DNA of 64,000 nt from Bacteroidia bacterium (GTDB lineage: Bacteria; Bacteroidota; Bacteroidia; Flavobacteriales_D; JAUILH01). The notes beneath the pieces are model-generated. The model did no database searches. It was given only the letters and a program-made list of their open reading frames with translations, and was not told the origin of the DNA. The stretch covers positions 19,682-83,681 of the forward strand of contig JAUILH010000001.1 in the NCBI GenBank assembly GCA_030433115.1. Direction: 5' to 3'. The number at the start of each line of letters is the position of its first letter. Positions within the stretch are counted from its first letter, which is position 1. Positions 8,993-19,034 of this stretch are shown piece by piece. Made by a program: the position numbers and the translations under genes.

Positions 8993-10721
8993 ACTTATAG
9001 TGATGATACTATGCCTGACCTTTTCGGGTCAGTTGATGGCACAGAAATTCCTGATTGATTCGTCTCTGATCAGGGAGTACCCTTTTGTGATGTGGGAAAA
9101 GAACGAGATAGAGTTTTACGATGAATCACCCGCCTTTGATCAGTTTTTTTCAAAATTGGAACGCATCTATCAAGGCCAATCAAATGAGACAGTGAACATT
9201 TTTCACATTGGTGGTTCGCACCTTCAGGCTGGTACATACGCGCACAGAATGAGGCGATACCTGACTCAAATGGAACCTCATATGAAAGGAGAAAGAGGCT
9301 TGGTTTTTCCCTATACTTTGGCAGGAACCAATAATCCCTGGAATTACAAAGTTGATTTTACCGGCGAATGGGAAGGGTTTAGAAACTCTGTTTTAAAAGA
9401 TGAGGCAACCTGGGGCATGCAGGGAATTACCGCAATAACCAGGGATTCCGTTGCCACCGTGAAGCTTTCCATTCGAAAAAATAACGTTTACCGATTTGAT
9501 TATGATGAATTTCGGGTCTTTCATAATACGTCCGACACGAACTATGTGGTCTTGCCAGTCGACTCCAATCAGGTCATCGACATCACAAGAAACGATTCCC
9601 TGGGGTATACCAATTTCAAGCTAAAAGAGCGCACCGAGACATTTGAGTTTAAGGTGGTGCGCATGGACAGTTTGGATAACCATCAATTTGAGATTTACGG
9701 CCTGGAGTATAAGAATGACGACCCCGGTGTGATCTACAATACAATTGGCGTCAATGGATCTAGTTTTAAATCCTACAGAAGATGTGACTTGTTTGAGTTT
9801 CACCTAAAGCAGAACCCACCAGACTTATTCATCATTTCAGTTGGAACCAATGACACCTACACCAAAGAATTTGACAGTTTAAAATATGAACAGTATTATG
9901 AAGATTTCATGAAAATGATCTTTCGAGCCAATCCGGATGCGGCAGTACTTTTAACTGTTCCAAACGACAGCTATTATCGAAAGCGATATGCCAATCCACA
10001 TACCAAAACTGCTGCCAACGCCATTATTCGTTTGGCAAAAAAATATAAAATGGGGGTTTGGAATATGTATGAAATCATGGGAGGATATGGTTCCTCTCAA
10101 CGCTGGTATAAAAACAAATTGATGCCAAGCGACCGTGTTCATTTTTCCGGAAAAGGTTATGATATCAAAGCGGATCTATTATTAATGGCATTTTTGGAAG
10201 CCTGGGATGCTTCTGTGGGAAGAGAACCCAGAACCTTGTTCACCAAACACATTGATCCAAGCGGCAGAATGGGGTATATCCACGAACGAGACTCTGTAAT
10301 CAGAATTGAAAACCCAAATGAAGATCAAATGGCTGAATTGGGCAAGGAGTTGAAGTATCATACAGTGAGAAGTGGCCAGTCATTGGGTGTGATTGCCGAC
10401 AGGTATGGGGTAAGCACGGCAGATTTAATGGAGTGGAACGACCTCAGCTCAACAATGATCCATCCAAATGATCAATTGAAGGTATATATCAATAAAGGCA
10501 CCAAAGTGTATAATCCTCCGCCAAAAACAAATGTCAAGCCTAAGAATAATGACCGATCGACACCTAAAGGCAGTTATTATTATTATACCATTAAATCAGG
10601 AGATAACTTGTGGGACATTGCCAACTCCAAAGGCACTTCCGTTGAAAAAATAGAAGCCCTAAACCCACATCTGAATCCAAGAAATTTGAAGATCGGGCAG
10701 AAAATCAAAATACCCAAGTAG
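8976..10721 (+). CDS. Secreted SGNH-family hydrolase/acyltransferase with two C-terminal LysM peptidoglycan-binding domains
   Basis: Signal peptide 'LTFSGQLMAQ'. SGNH blocks are 'FHIGGSHLQAG', 'SVGTNDTY' and 'SDRVHFS'. The LysM repeats are 'YHTVRSGQSLGVIADRYGVSTADLMEWNDL' and 'YYTIKSGDNLWDIANSKGTSVEKIEALNPHL' (~10356-10715). Confidence 0.7.
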   Translation: MKQLSRLIVMILCLTFSGQLMAQKFLIDSSLIREYPFVMWEKNEIEFYDESPAFDQFFSKLERIYQGQSNETVNIFHIGGSHLQAGTYAHRMRRYLTQMEPHMKGERGLVFPYTLAGTNNPWNYKVDFTGEWEGFRNSVLKDEATWGMQGITAITRDSVATVKLSIRKNNVYRFDYDEFRVFHNTSDTNYVVLPVDSNQVIDITRNDSLGYTNFKLKERTETFEFKVVRMDSLDNHQFEIYGLEYKNDDPGVIYNTIGVNGSSFKSYRRCDLFEFHLKQNPPDLFIISVGTNDTYTKEFDSLKYEQYYEDFMKMIFRANPDAAVLLTVPNDSYYRKRYANPHTKTAANAIIRLAKKYKMGVWNMYEIMGGYGSSQRWYKNKLMPSDRVHFSGKGYDIKADLLLMAFLEAWDASVGREPRTLFTKHIDPSGRMGYIHERDSVIRIENPNEDQMAELGKELKYHTVRSGQSLGVIADRYGVSTADLMEWNDLSSTMIHPNDQLKVYINKGTKVYNPPPKTNVKPKNNDRSTPKGSYYYYTIKSGDNLWDIANSKGTSVEKIEALNPHLNPRNLKIGQKIKIPK

Positions 10722-10725
10722 CTAA

Positions 10726-13137
10726 ATGGAAGAAGAGTACGACAGATGGAGTAGAATTGAAGACTTGTTTACCCGAATTCCGGTAGATAAGTTGGCTGAG
10801 CTTTCAGATGAAGCCCTGAAGTCCGTAAAGGCTGGGTTCCATTTTGCTCAGGCACAATTCTGGATCTTCTTCTTGTTGGCATATATTGGTTTTGCTGCCT
10901 TGTCCGGAAACAAATGGGGCAAATGGCTCAACATGATATTTATTGCCATTGGAGGGTGGTTTGCCCTGGCCACACCGGCTGCTGATAAACTCATGGTGGG
11001 AGACGGTTGGATTGCCTGGCTGGTGATGGGTTTTATTTCCCTGCTCATTTTTATTCCGAAAAAATCCATGCTGCGAGATGGCATGAACAAGGTTTGGGTG
11101 AATGTGGCATGCATGAGCATAGCCATATCAACCTTTTTTGTGCCCAATATTCAAGATGATTTGGCGGTTTATTTCTGCCTGTTAGTTGCCTATATTCTAT
11201 ATGCCATTCGCTACGACAGAACACGAATGAGGAGCGCATACCTCATGTTAGTGAGCCTGTTTTTTTACTGGAAAGTGGGCTTCCCCTTTGTCTGGATTTT
11301 AATCTTTAGTACTGTAGTAGATTTTTTCCTGGGAAAAGCGGTTTTCAATGCCAAATCAGATCTTAAAAAGAAACTATTTATTGCGCTAAGCATGGTGACA
11401 AACCTGTCCATGCTAGCATACTTTAAGTATTTCAAATTCTTTGCGCATGAATGGAACAACCTAGTCGCGGACAGAGGTTTTCCGGACTGGCTGCATATCA
11501 TGAATCCCCAGGAAAACGCGATTGGAATCTGGTTGAACAATGGATTTGACGCCAATATTTTCCTGGAATCTTTGCCCATGGTAGTCGGAATTTCTTACTA
11601 CACTTTCCAAACCATGAGTTACACCATCGACATCTACCGAGGACATATTAAGCCATTGAACAACATTGTAGACTTTGGGTTTTTCGTGAGTTTTTTCCCG
11701 CAACTCGTGGCCGGACCAATCGTACGTGCATCTGAATTCGTGCCACAGATACATAAAGAATTTTCTCTGAGTAAAAAGGAATTCGGGTGGGCTTTGTACA
11801 TGATTTTAAAGGGCTTGGTAAAGAAGATGGTTTTTGCCGATTTCATAGCCGTCTACTTCCTTGATTACGTCTTCGCAGATCCGCTACAATTCTCCGGAAT
11901 GGCAAACCTGATCGCAATTTTTGGCTATTCGCTACAGATTTACGGCGACTTTGCTGGTTACACGGACATGGCAATTGGAGTTGCGAAACTCTTCGGCTTT
12001 CAACTACCAAAAAACTTCAACTCCCCTTACAAATCCATTCATTGTGGTGAGTTCTGGAAACGCTGGCACATCACATTATCCAGTTGGTTAAAGGATTACC
12101 TGTATATTCCACTTGGAGGAAACAGAGGAGGGACTAAAGGTAGTTACATTGTTGCAGGACTCATTATTGCAGGCGTGCTTTATGCCGTCGATAGCTGGCC
12201 AACAACAGTAATTGTCATTGGAATTATTGCGGCGCTTGGTGTGTTGTGTTGGTATTCAAGCAATTTTTTCAACCACATTAACCGTAATATCAATGTAACC
12301 CTAACTATGTTGCTTGGTGGGCTTTGGCATGGAGCCAGCTGGCAATTTGTAATTTGGGGCGGCCTCAATGGATTAGGCGTTCTTTCTACCAAGTATTGGC
12401 TCAAATTTCACTACTTTCAAAAGGCAATAGTGGCTGTAATCATTGCGGCCGTGATGTTTGGTGTTAAAGAGATCACAGGTAACGACATCTGGATTTTAGC
12501 GGTTTATTGGGCTTTGGTGGTTGGCATAGTTTCATTTGTGTCAGCTTTGGTTAAAAGACTCTTCAAAATTGAAGGTCATGCAGACGGGAGGTATCTCATC
12601 GTGATTTGGCTGAAGTTGCTAGGAGGAATGCTAATTATTGGTGGCGTTTTGGGCGCAATCACTTGGCTTCAAATAACTGGTTGGCTGATTCTGGGTGGAT
12701 CAGCTTTGATTGGAATTATCAAATTGAGACCAACCATGTCAACAGTTTATTACTATGGCAATGCCATTTGGGGCACATTACATACCCTGTTCTTCATCAC
12801 ATTCACAAGGGTTTACTTCCGTGGAGAGTCCATGGAGAAGATTGAGCAGTTTTATCATCAGGTACTTACAAATTTCAAATTTTATTTTGGTGAGGCATGG
12901 ATTTATGCTCAGGGAATTGAAGCTAAAAACACACTCGATTACGGACAAAATGTTTTCTACGTAATTGCGCTTGGATATCTGGTTCACTGGATGCCCACTG
13001 CTATCAAGAAACGCATTGAGTCTGGTTTTGTAGGTTCGCACATAGCCGTTCAGATGGTGGCAGCCGTAGTAATTGCCGTAGTGTGTTATCAGGCGTATTC
13101 TTCAGATTCTGCTGCCTTCATCTACTATCAGTTCTAA
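10726..13137 (+). CDS. MBOAT-family membrane O-acyltransferase (AlgI/PatA/DltB-like), unusually long at 803 aa
   Basis: The MBOAT core is 'FWKRWHITLSSWLKDYLYIPLGGNRGG' plus the catalytic-His motif 'GGLWHGASWQF' (His codon 12328-12330). Extra TM segments lie both N- and C-terminal to the core. Confidence 0.8.
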   Translation: MEEEYDRWSRIEDLFTRIPVDKLAELSDEALKSVKAGFHFAQAQFWIFFLLAYIGFAALSGNKWGKWLNMIFIAIGGWFALATPAADKLMVGDGWIAWLVMGFISLLIFIPKKSMLRDGMNKVWVNVACMSIAISTFFVPNIQDDLAVYFCLLVAYILYAIRYDRTRMRSAYLMLVSLFFYWKVGFPFVWILIFSTVVDFFLGKAVFNAKSDLKKKLFIALSMVTNLSMLAYFKYFKFFAHEWNNLVADRGFPDWLHIMNPQENAIGIWLNNGFDANIFLESLPMVVGISYYTFQTMSYTIDIYRGHIKPLNNIVDFGFFVSFFPQLVAGPIVRASEFVPQIHKEFSLSKKEFGWALYMILKGLVKKMVFADFIAVYFLDYVFADPLQFSGMANLIAIFGYSLQIYGDFAGYTDMAIGVAKLFGFQLPKNFNSPYKSIHCGEFWKRWHITLSSWLKDYLYIPLGGNRGGTKGSYIVAGLIIAGVLYAVDSWPTTVIVIGIIAALGVLCWYSSNFFNHINRNINVTLTMLLGGLWHGASWQFVIWGGLNGLGVLSTKYWLKFHYFQKAIVAVIIAAVMFGVKEITGNDIWILAVYWALVVGIVSFVSALVKRLFKIEGHADGRYLIVIWLKLLGGMLIIGGVLGAITWLQITGWLILGGSALIGIIKLRPTMSTVYYYGNAIWGTLHTLFFITFTRVYFRGESMEKIEQFYHQVLTNFKFYFGEAWIYAQGIEAKNTLDYGQNVFYVIALGYLVHWMPTAIKKRIESGFVGSHIAVQMVAAVVIAVVCYQAYSSDSAAFIYYQF

Positions 13138-13165
13138 TACTCCTGTATTTTGTACATTTGATCGT

Positions 13166-14548
13166 ATGAGAATCATGGTTTTCATAGTGTTTACTAGTGT
13201 TATGCAGCTTCAGGTGCATTCTCAAACGTTTATGACATTGTTTGGAGATCCTTTGGACAGAACCATTGCGAATGGCATGTATCAGCACTACGACTCAAGT
13301 GTGTATGTGAGTGCCAACGCATTAGATCCTCAAAATCATAACGCCATTCTCCTTACTAAGTTTGATCAATTGGGCAATGAATTGTGGTCTAACAAACTGC
13401 CCTCAACCGAATCAGAGGTGTGTAATGACATGGCATACCTCAATGGGTATCTCTACTTTTTTGGTGAAAAAGACACTGCCAATATGAAAACGGCTTTCAT
13501 AAAAAAAACGGACTTATTGGGTAATGAGGTTTGGAGCAAACGGATGGTCAATGGAACCCGGAGTTCTGGCTTTCGTGGAGGCTCCTCCTGGGGCAGTAAC
13601 GGTGTGGTGGCCATCGGCTTTATCAATGATACGGTTAACAATAACAACAATTCATATGCGGTAAATCTGGATGAACAAGGGAATGTGATTTGGGAGCATG
13701 AGTTGGCCATTTCAAACAACAATAATGGACAGGAATTGGAGGTTGAGGGAAGCAATGTGTACCTGGTTTGCGACAGACAAAAACCTAATTTTGCTTACAG
13801 TATGGTGATCCAATCACTTGACAATTCAGGTGCAGTGAATTGGACCGACACAGTGATAACCCCCTATAATTCTGGAAGTCAGAACGCCTTCTACAATAAC
13901 GGAGAGTTGTTCGTGGTGGGAGAGTCATCTACTGCAAGCTCTATACAGTTTGATCCAATATTGATTAAGTACAATGCTTTATCCGGCCAAAGACTCAGTT
14001 TGAATTATTTGAATCTCACACCCAATTCTGAAGCGGCTTTTGATGCAATTCCGCTTGATGACACCCGTTTGATTACCTGTGGGTATGGGTACAATGTATT
14101 GACTGGGGGCTCTGATATGATGTTGATTGTAGCGGATACCAGTGGAGCTGTTTTACAAACCAGATTCTATGGAAACAATGAATTTGATTTGGCAACTGAT
14201 GCCATGGGTAGCTTCCGGGGCGGTAGTTTTTTCTGCGGAGAGATCAGGCAAGGAGGTCGAAAGTATGGTGCGCTGCTATACTTTGATGAATTTGGCTTCA
14301 ATTCTATTCCGGAAATGGTGTTAAATGAAGTCTATGTAGAAAGTATTTCTGACGGCACAATTCAATTTAATACAACATTCGATGGCCGATATGAGCTATA
14401 CAAGCTAAATGGCAGTTTAGTGGCGCAGGGGCAGGTTGAAAATGACCATATAGAGCTTCAGAGAAAAGACTTGCCCAGACAGATTTATGTGCTTAAATTA
14501 CTTGGAGCTTCTCGCAGAGCCATCAGCCAAAAAATAATACTGGATTAA
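13166..14548 (+). CDS. Secreted repeat (beta-propeller-like) protein with a T9SS type-A C-terminal sorting domain
   Basis: Signal peptide 'VMQLQVHSQ'. It has repeated 'G..lW' blades ('DQLGNELWSN', 'DLLGNEVWSK', 'DEQGNVIWEH', 'DNSGAVNWTD'). The tail 'YELYKLNGSLVAQGQ...IYVLKLLG...QKIILD' resembles a T9SS CTD. Confidence 0.55.
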   Translation: MRIMVFIVFTSVMQLQVHSQTFMTLFGDPLDRTIANGMYQHYDSSVYVSANALDPQNHNAILLTKFDQLGNELWSNKLPSTESEVCNDMAYLNGYLYFFGEKDTANMKTAFIKKTDLLGNEVWSKRMVNGTRSSGFRGGSSWGSNGVVAIGFINDTVNNNNNSYAVNLDEQGNVIWEHELAISNNNNGQELEVEGSNVYLVCDRQKPNFAYSMVIQSLDNSGAVNWTDTVITPYNSGSQNAFYNNGELFVVGESSTASSIQFDPILIKYNALSGQRLSLNYLNLTPNSEAAFDAIPLDDTRLITCGYGYNVLTGGSDMMLIVADTSGAVLQTRFYGNNEFDLATDAMGSFRGGSFFCGEIRQGGRKYGALLYFDEFGFNSIPEMVLNEVYVESISDGTIQFNTTFDGRYELYKLNGSLVAQGQVENDHIELQRKDLPRQIYVLKLLGASRRAISQKIILD

Positions 14549-15703
14549 TTGACTCACAAGTGGTCATACGCTGTGTTTGGGCTGTTGTTTGGCTACTTTT
14601 TGTTTGTTTTAGCAAGCGAAACCCAGGATTCGGGCAATTTTTGGGACTTTAAGATTTACTATTCCGCAGCTTCAGAAGAGATTGAGAATCCTTATGATGC
14701 TCGTGTGCTCCAATCGGAACATCATGATGACAGTAAGTTACTATCCTACAAATATTTACCCCTCACCAGATATCTATTTAAAGTCTTTAGAGTGTTTGAG
14801 TATGAAACAGCATTAAACATCTACATTGGTCTTATGATATTGGTTCTGATCGCCTTTGTTTACTTGATGAATCAACAACTTTCAAGGGGAGATCCATTGT
14901 TGATGTTGGTATTGCTCTTGGCCTTCAATTCATGCTTTTATCTTGCTTTCAGAAGTGGTAATATAATGCCACTTTTAAGTCTATTGATTCTCTTTGCCCT
15001 TCATGCTTTACTCAAAGATAAATTGCTACAATTTGTCATACTTGTTGTAATCACTGCTTGTTTCAAGGTTTTTCCCATTCTGCTATTGGGTCTTCTTTGG
15101 TTTAAGCAGGCTCATAGTTCATCCAAATTAATGATAGGAGGTTTACTGTTGTTTTTGAGTTTCGTTGGATTGAATATGATATTTTGGCAGGACTTCATGC
15201 TCTTTTTGGAAGCCGTTCAAGAAACAACCTCAGAATTTGGCATCATTAACCCAAATGCCTGGTCTTTTAGCAGCGAATTGAGCCACTTTATTGTGTCACA
15301 TAAACTGGGGTTAAAAGATGCTGAATGGGTAGCTTACATCTTGTATTTTTCAATTGTTATTCCCGTTATCTGGAAAACCATCCAGCTAATAAGGGCACGC
15401 ATGTTGGTCCCACTGGATTGGAATGTATTGTCAATTTGCCTCATTGGTCTAGCCATTATATTGCCAAGATTCAAAGATTACGACTACATCTTACTAATCC
15501 CTGCAGCATATGTCATCATCAAACAACTCAATTTGAGGCAAGTATTGGTGCTGATTTCAGCATGGTTTTTATGCTCCGGAATTATAGTGGACATACCTAT
15601 TGTGGGGTATCTGTTAGAGCTGTCGCACAGTTATCAATCCTGGTTGATGGCTTGTATACTTTGGTACTTCAGTCTAAAAATGGCACCTAAGTCGTCGCCT
15701 TAA
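14549..15703 (+). CDS. Polytopic membrane protein, DUF2029/GT87-like (GT-C fold glycosyltransferase candidate)
   Basis: ~10 TM helices. The first loop, 'FWDFKIYYSAA...NPYD', resembles the Asp-containing loop of DUF2029/PimE-like proteins. The TTG start directly follows the upstream TAA, and there is no in-frame ATG for ~95 codons. Confidence 0.45.
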   Translation: MTHKWSYAVFGLLFGYFLFVLASETQDSGNFWDFKIYYSAASEEIENPYDARVLQSEHHDDSKLLSYKYLPLTRYLFKVFRVFEYETALNIYIGLMILVLIAFVYLMNQQLSRGDPLLMLVLLLAFNSCFYLAFRSGNIMPLLSLLILFALHALLKDKLLQFVILVVITACFKVFPILLLGLLWFKQAHSSSKLMIGGLLLFLSFVGLNMIFWQDFMLFLEAVQETTSEFGIINPNAWSFSSELSHFIVSHKLGLKDAEWVAYILYFSIVIPVIWKTIQLIRARMLVPLDWNVLSICLIGLAIILPRFKDYDYILLIPAAYVIIKQLNLRQVLVLISAWFLCSGIIVDIPIVGYLLELSHSYQSWLMACILWYFSLKMAPKSSP

Positions 15704-16211
15704 GTTTGGCCAGATTGTCGTTGAGGCAGATTTTGAACCACTCAGTATAATTTTCAGGTCTCAGTTTTATGTCTTGTTCGAGAGACTCAAGGCTCATGTA
15801 TTTATATGAATTCACCTCTTCTGGGTTGATGACAGGCAAGTCATCACTAACACCCACAAGCACATGATCCAGCTCATGTTCACTTAAGTTGTGATCAAGT
15901 TCCGCCCTGTAAATAAAGGAAAACACAGGTTTCATGTTGCAAGACATTCCCATTTCCTCCTGAAGTCTTCGGTTTGCCGCTTGCTCAACGCTCTCTCCCT
16001 GACGCGGATGGCTGCAACAAGTATTGGTCCACAACCCTCCTGAATGATACTTGTCAAGCGCCCTCTGATGGATCAACAGCTCTCCTTTTGAATTAAAAAT
16101 GAAAATAGAAAATGCTCTGTGAAGCGTCCCTTTTTCATGGGCTTCCATCTTTTCCATGACCCCTAACTCCCGGTCATGCTCATCTACAAGAATAACAAAT
16201 TCATCCTTCAT
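15687..16211 (-). CDS. idi: Isopentenyl-diphosphate delta-isomerase, type 1 (Nudix)
   Basis: 'LHRAFSIFIFNSKGELLIHQRALDKYHSGGLWTNTCCSHP' plus 'EQAANRRLQEEMG'. The ATG at 16211 ('MKDEFVILVDE') lies 1 nt after the crtB stop. Confidence 0.85.
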   Translation of the reverse strand: MKDEFVILVDEHDRELGVMEKMEAHEKGTLHRAFSIFIFNSKGELLIHQRALDKYHSGGLWTNTCCSHPRQGESVEQAANRRLQEEMGMSCNMKPVFSFIYRAELDHNLSEHELDHVLVGVSDDLPVINPEEVNSYKYMSLESLEQDIKLRPENYTEWFKICLNDNLAKLKATT

Positions 16212-16212
16212 T

Positions 16213-17049
16213 TTAGAGCATATTAAAACTATGCTTAACATAGCTACTTAAGAACAGTGTATACTTCTTCTTATTGGGAATTCGGACCCGTCTGCTTAGA
16301 ATATCCTGCGAGCTCAAATGTGTGATTTTTTTGAAGAGACGATAGTAATAAACGTAGGCCACATACACACCAAATCTTGAGGACTTGGGAAGTTGAATGA
16401 TGCCTTTATACCCCTCGGCAAAATCCTTTTCAATGTCTTTTTCAATTTCTGCTTTAATGGTATCATTGAACTCAGTCATATCTACTCCGGGGAAATATGT
16501 CCTCCCCAGTGAATGATAGTCATCTTTCAAATCTCTTAAAAAATTGATTTTCTGAAAGGCAGATCCAAGACTCATGGCTTGTTCCTTCGTCTTTTGGTAA
16601 AGGGCATCATCGCCGTAACAGAATACGCGAAGGCACATCAAACCAACAACTTCAGCAGATCCTAAAATGTATGTTTTGTAGGCCTCCTGAGAATAGTCAA
16701 CAGGGTTGAGGTCCATTCTCATGCTATTTAAGAAGGTTTGAATCAACTCATGGTCGATTTTAAACTCATTCACAGTGTGCTGGAAGGCATTGAGAATGGG
16801 ATTGGTGCTAATGCCACGCTCTAGGGCTTTAAAGGTATCTTCTTCAAATTCGTTCAATAGCGCCTCTTTGTCGTGTTCGTGAAAAGTGTCCACGATTTCA
16901 TCTGCGAAACGAACATATCCGTAGATGGAATAAACATGTTTGCGCAAGGCCTTGTCCAAAAATCTGATGCCAAGAGAAAAAGACGTGCTGTAGGTCTTAG
17001 TGGTCTTTCTGCTTGTCTCAAAAGAAACGTTATCGAATAATGCTTTCAT
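16213..17049 (-). CDS. crtB: Phytoene synthase
   Basis: Squalene/phytoene synthase motifs are present: '[12 protein letters not shown]' (DxxxD-type) and '[12 protein letters not shown]'. It is ATGA-coupled to crtI. Confidence 0.85.
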   Translation of the reverse strand: MKALFDNVSFETSRKTTKTYSTSFSLGIRFLDKALRKHVYSIYGYVRFADEIVDTFHEHDKEALLNEFEEDTFKALERGISTNPILNAFQHTVNEFKIDHELIQTFLNSMRMDLNPVDYSQEAYKTYILGSAEVVGLMCLRVFCYGDDALYQKTKEQAMSLGSAFQKINFLRDLKDDYHSLGRTYFPGVDMTEFNDTIKAEIEKDIEKDFAEGYKGIIQLPKSSRFGVYVAYVYYYRLFKKITHLSSQDILSRRVRIPNKKKYTLFLSSYVKHSFNML

Positions 17050-18515
17050 AGTGATCGGTTTTGAATCAATGAGGCCACTACTGACCCGGAAATAATAGAA
17101 GGAGGCACTCCTGGTCCTGGTGTTGTTAGCTGACCTGCATAATACAGATTTTTCAGGGTTTTACTTTTCATTTTAGGTTTGAAAAAGGCGGTTTGTTTTA
17201 AAGTGTTTGCCAAACCATAAGCATTCCCTTTGTATGAGTTGTAGTCGTCTTTAAAGTCTTTAATGCAATAGGACCTTTTAACTACGATTGACGATTTGAT
17301 GTCCGTTTTGAGCCAAAGTGTTAAACGATCCAGTAAAATGTTGAGATATTGGTCTCTTGTTTCTTCCGTGTCATCTATACCTGGCGCAATTGGCATCAGA
17401 ATAAAGATATTTTCATGGTTTTCCGGCGCTACTGAAGCATCTGTTTTGCTTGGGGCGCAGACATAAAAAAGTGGTTCTTTGGGCCATGTTTTGGTATCAT
17501 AAATTTCCGTAGCGTGTTTCGCAAAGTCTTTGTCAAAGAATAAATTGTGGTGTTCTAGATGTGGCACTTTTTTGTTCAACCCAACATAAAAGATAAGGGC
17601 AGACGGGGCCATGGTTCTGGTCTCCCAGTAACTAGATTTATATGATCTGTCTTTCTCAGACAGCAGCTTGCTCTCAATGTGTTCATAATCACAAGCTCCT
17701 ATGACATCATCGAACTGAAGGTGTTCGCCATTAACTTCCAGCGTTCGGACATTCCCATTCTCAGTATGTAAATAATCTACGTTTGCATTAGTGATGATCT
17801 TGACGTTTTGTTGAAGAGCGATTGTCTCGAAAGCCTTGATTACCTGATGCATTCCTCCCATAGGATACCAGGTTCCAAGTTTCATGTCGGCATAGTTCAT
17901 CAGACTGTACAAGGCGGGTGTGTTTTCTGGCTTGGCTCCCAAAAAGAGGATAGGAAACTCTAATAAACTGAGCAATTTAGGATGAGAAAAGTACTTTTGA
18001 GCGTATTTGGTGAATGACTTAAGTAAGTGCATTTTAAACATGCCAGCAATCACCCGTCTGTCAAAGAATTCAGAAATCTTAAGAGATGGACGGTGAACCA
18101 GATCATTGACACCTACGTCATATTTATAAGCAGCATCTTCTAAAAAGGCGTCCAGTTTTTGGGCTGAGCCCTTTTCAATTGACTCGAACAATGCCCTTAG
18201 TTTTTCATAATTAGCGGGAATATCTATAGGACCATCTTCAAAATAGACTCTGTAAGAGGGGTCCAGTCTTTTTAATTCATAGAAGTCTGAACAGGTGTGC
18301 CCAAAATCAGCATAGAATTTCTCAAAAACCTCTGGCATCCAGTACCAGCTAGGTCCCATATCAAAAGTAAAGCCATCCTTCTCCCAGGTACGCGCTCTGC
18401 CGCCAATCTGACTGTTTTTTTCAAAAACGGTCACTTCATACCCCCCTTTAGCAAGGTATGAGGCCGCAGACAAACCTGCGAAACCTGATCCGATAACGGC
18501 AATTTTTTTAGGCAT
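17046..18515 (-). CDS. crtI: Phytoene desaturase
   Basis: '[38 protein letters not shown]' at the N-terminus and '[20 protein letters not shown]' at the C-terminus. Size is 489 aa. Confidence 0.85.
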   Translation of the reverse strand: MPKKIAVIGSGFAGLSAASYLAKGGYEVTVFEKNSQIGGRARTWEKDGFTFDMGPSWYWMPEVFEKFYADFGHTCSDFYELKRLDPSYRVYFEDGPIDIPANYEKLRALFESIEKGSAQKLDAFLEDAAYKYDVGVNDLVHRPSLKISEFFDRRVIAGMFKMHLLKSFTKYAQKYFSHPKLLSLLEFPILFLGAKPENTPALYSLMNYADMKLGTWYPMGGMHQVIKAFETIALQQNVKIITNANVDYLHTENGNVRTLEVNGEHLQFDDVIGACDYEHIESKLLSEKDRSYKSSYWETRTMAPSALIFYVGLNKKVPHLEHHNLFFDKDFAKHATEIYDTKTWPKEPLFYVCAPSKTDASVAPENHENIFILMPIAPGIDDTEETRDQYLNILLDRLTLWLKTDIKSSIVVKRSYCIKDFKDDYNSYKGNAYGLANTLKQTAFFKPKMKSKTLKNLYYAGQLTTPGPGVPPSIISGSVVASLIQNRSL

Positions 18516-19011
18516 TAAGCGCTTCTATTTGTGACATTAATATTTTTCTGGCAGAAAAAATTCTGCTTTTAACTGTTCCAATAGGAATACCAAGTTCATC
18601 TGATATTTCTTTGTATTTGTAGCCTTCCACATATCTGGTGAATGCTTCTCTTAGAGATGGCTCCAAATTGTCAAGAAGATTTTGAATGTCTTGATGAGCT
18701 AAATCGGAAATTACGGATGTTTGAGCAGATTCTTGTTGATTTAGTAAATAATTTTCATCTGAATCGTCAAGAATTATTCTCGTTTTGCTTTTTCTTCTGT
18801 AGTTGTTAATAAAGATGTTCTTCATAATGGTATACAGCCAAGCTTTTAGATTGGTTTCAGATGTATATTTCTCACGATATTTTATTGCTCTGAACATGGT
18901 TTCTTGTAACAAGTCCTTAGCATCTTCCTGATTATTTGTGAGAGAAACTGCAAAACCTTTTAGCCTGTCGCTAAAGGTGTTAATATGATAATTGAACTCT
19001 ATTGCGGTCAT
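18508..19011 (-). CDS. ECF-type sigma-70 family RNA polymerase sigma factor (LitS-like position in a light/carotenoid operon)
   Basis: 167 aa. Region 2 is '[20 protein letters not shown]...[19 protein letters not shown]'. Region 4 is '[26 protein letters not shown]'. Its stop overlaps the crtI start by 8 nt. No anti-sigma gene is adjacent. Confidence 0.8.
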   Translation of the reverse strand: MTAIEFNYHINTFSDRLKGFAVSLTNNQEDAKDLLQETMFRAIKYREKYTSETNLKAWLYTIMKNIFINNYRRKSKTRIILDDSDENYLLNQQESAQTSVISDLAHQDIQNLLDNLEPSLREAFTRYVEGYKYKEISDELGIPIGTVKSRIFSARKILMSQIEALNA

Positions 19012-19034
19012 TTTGTTTAGGCTTTGATCTTAAA

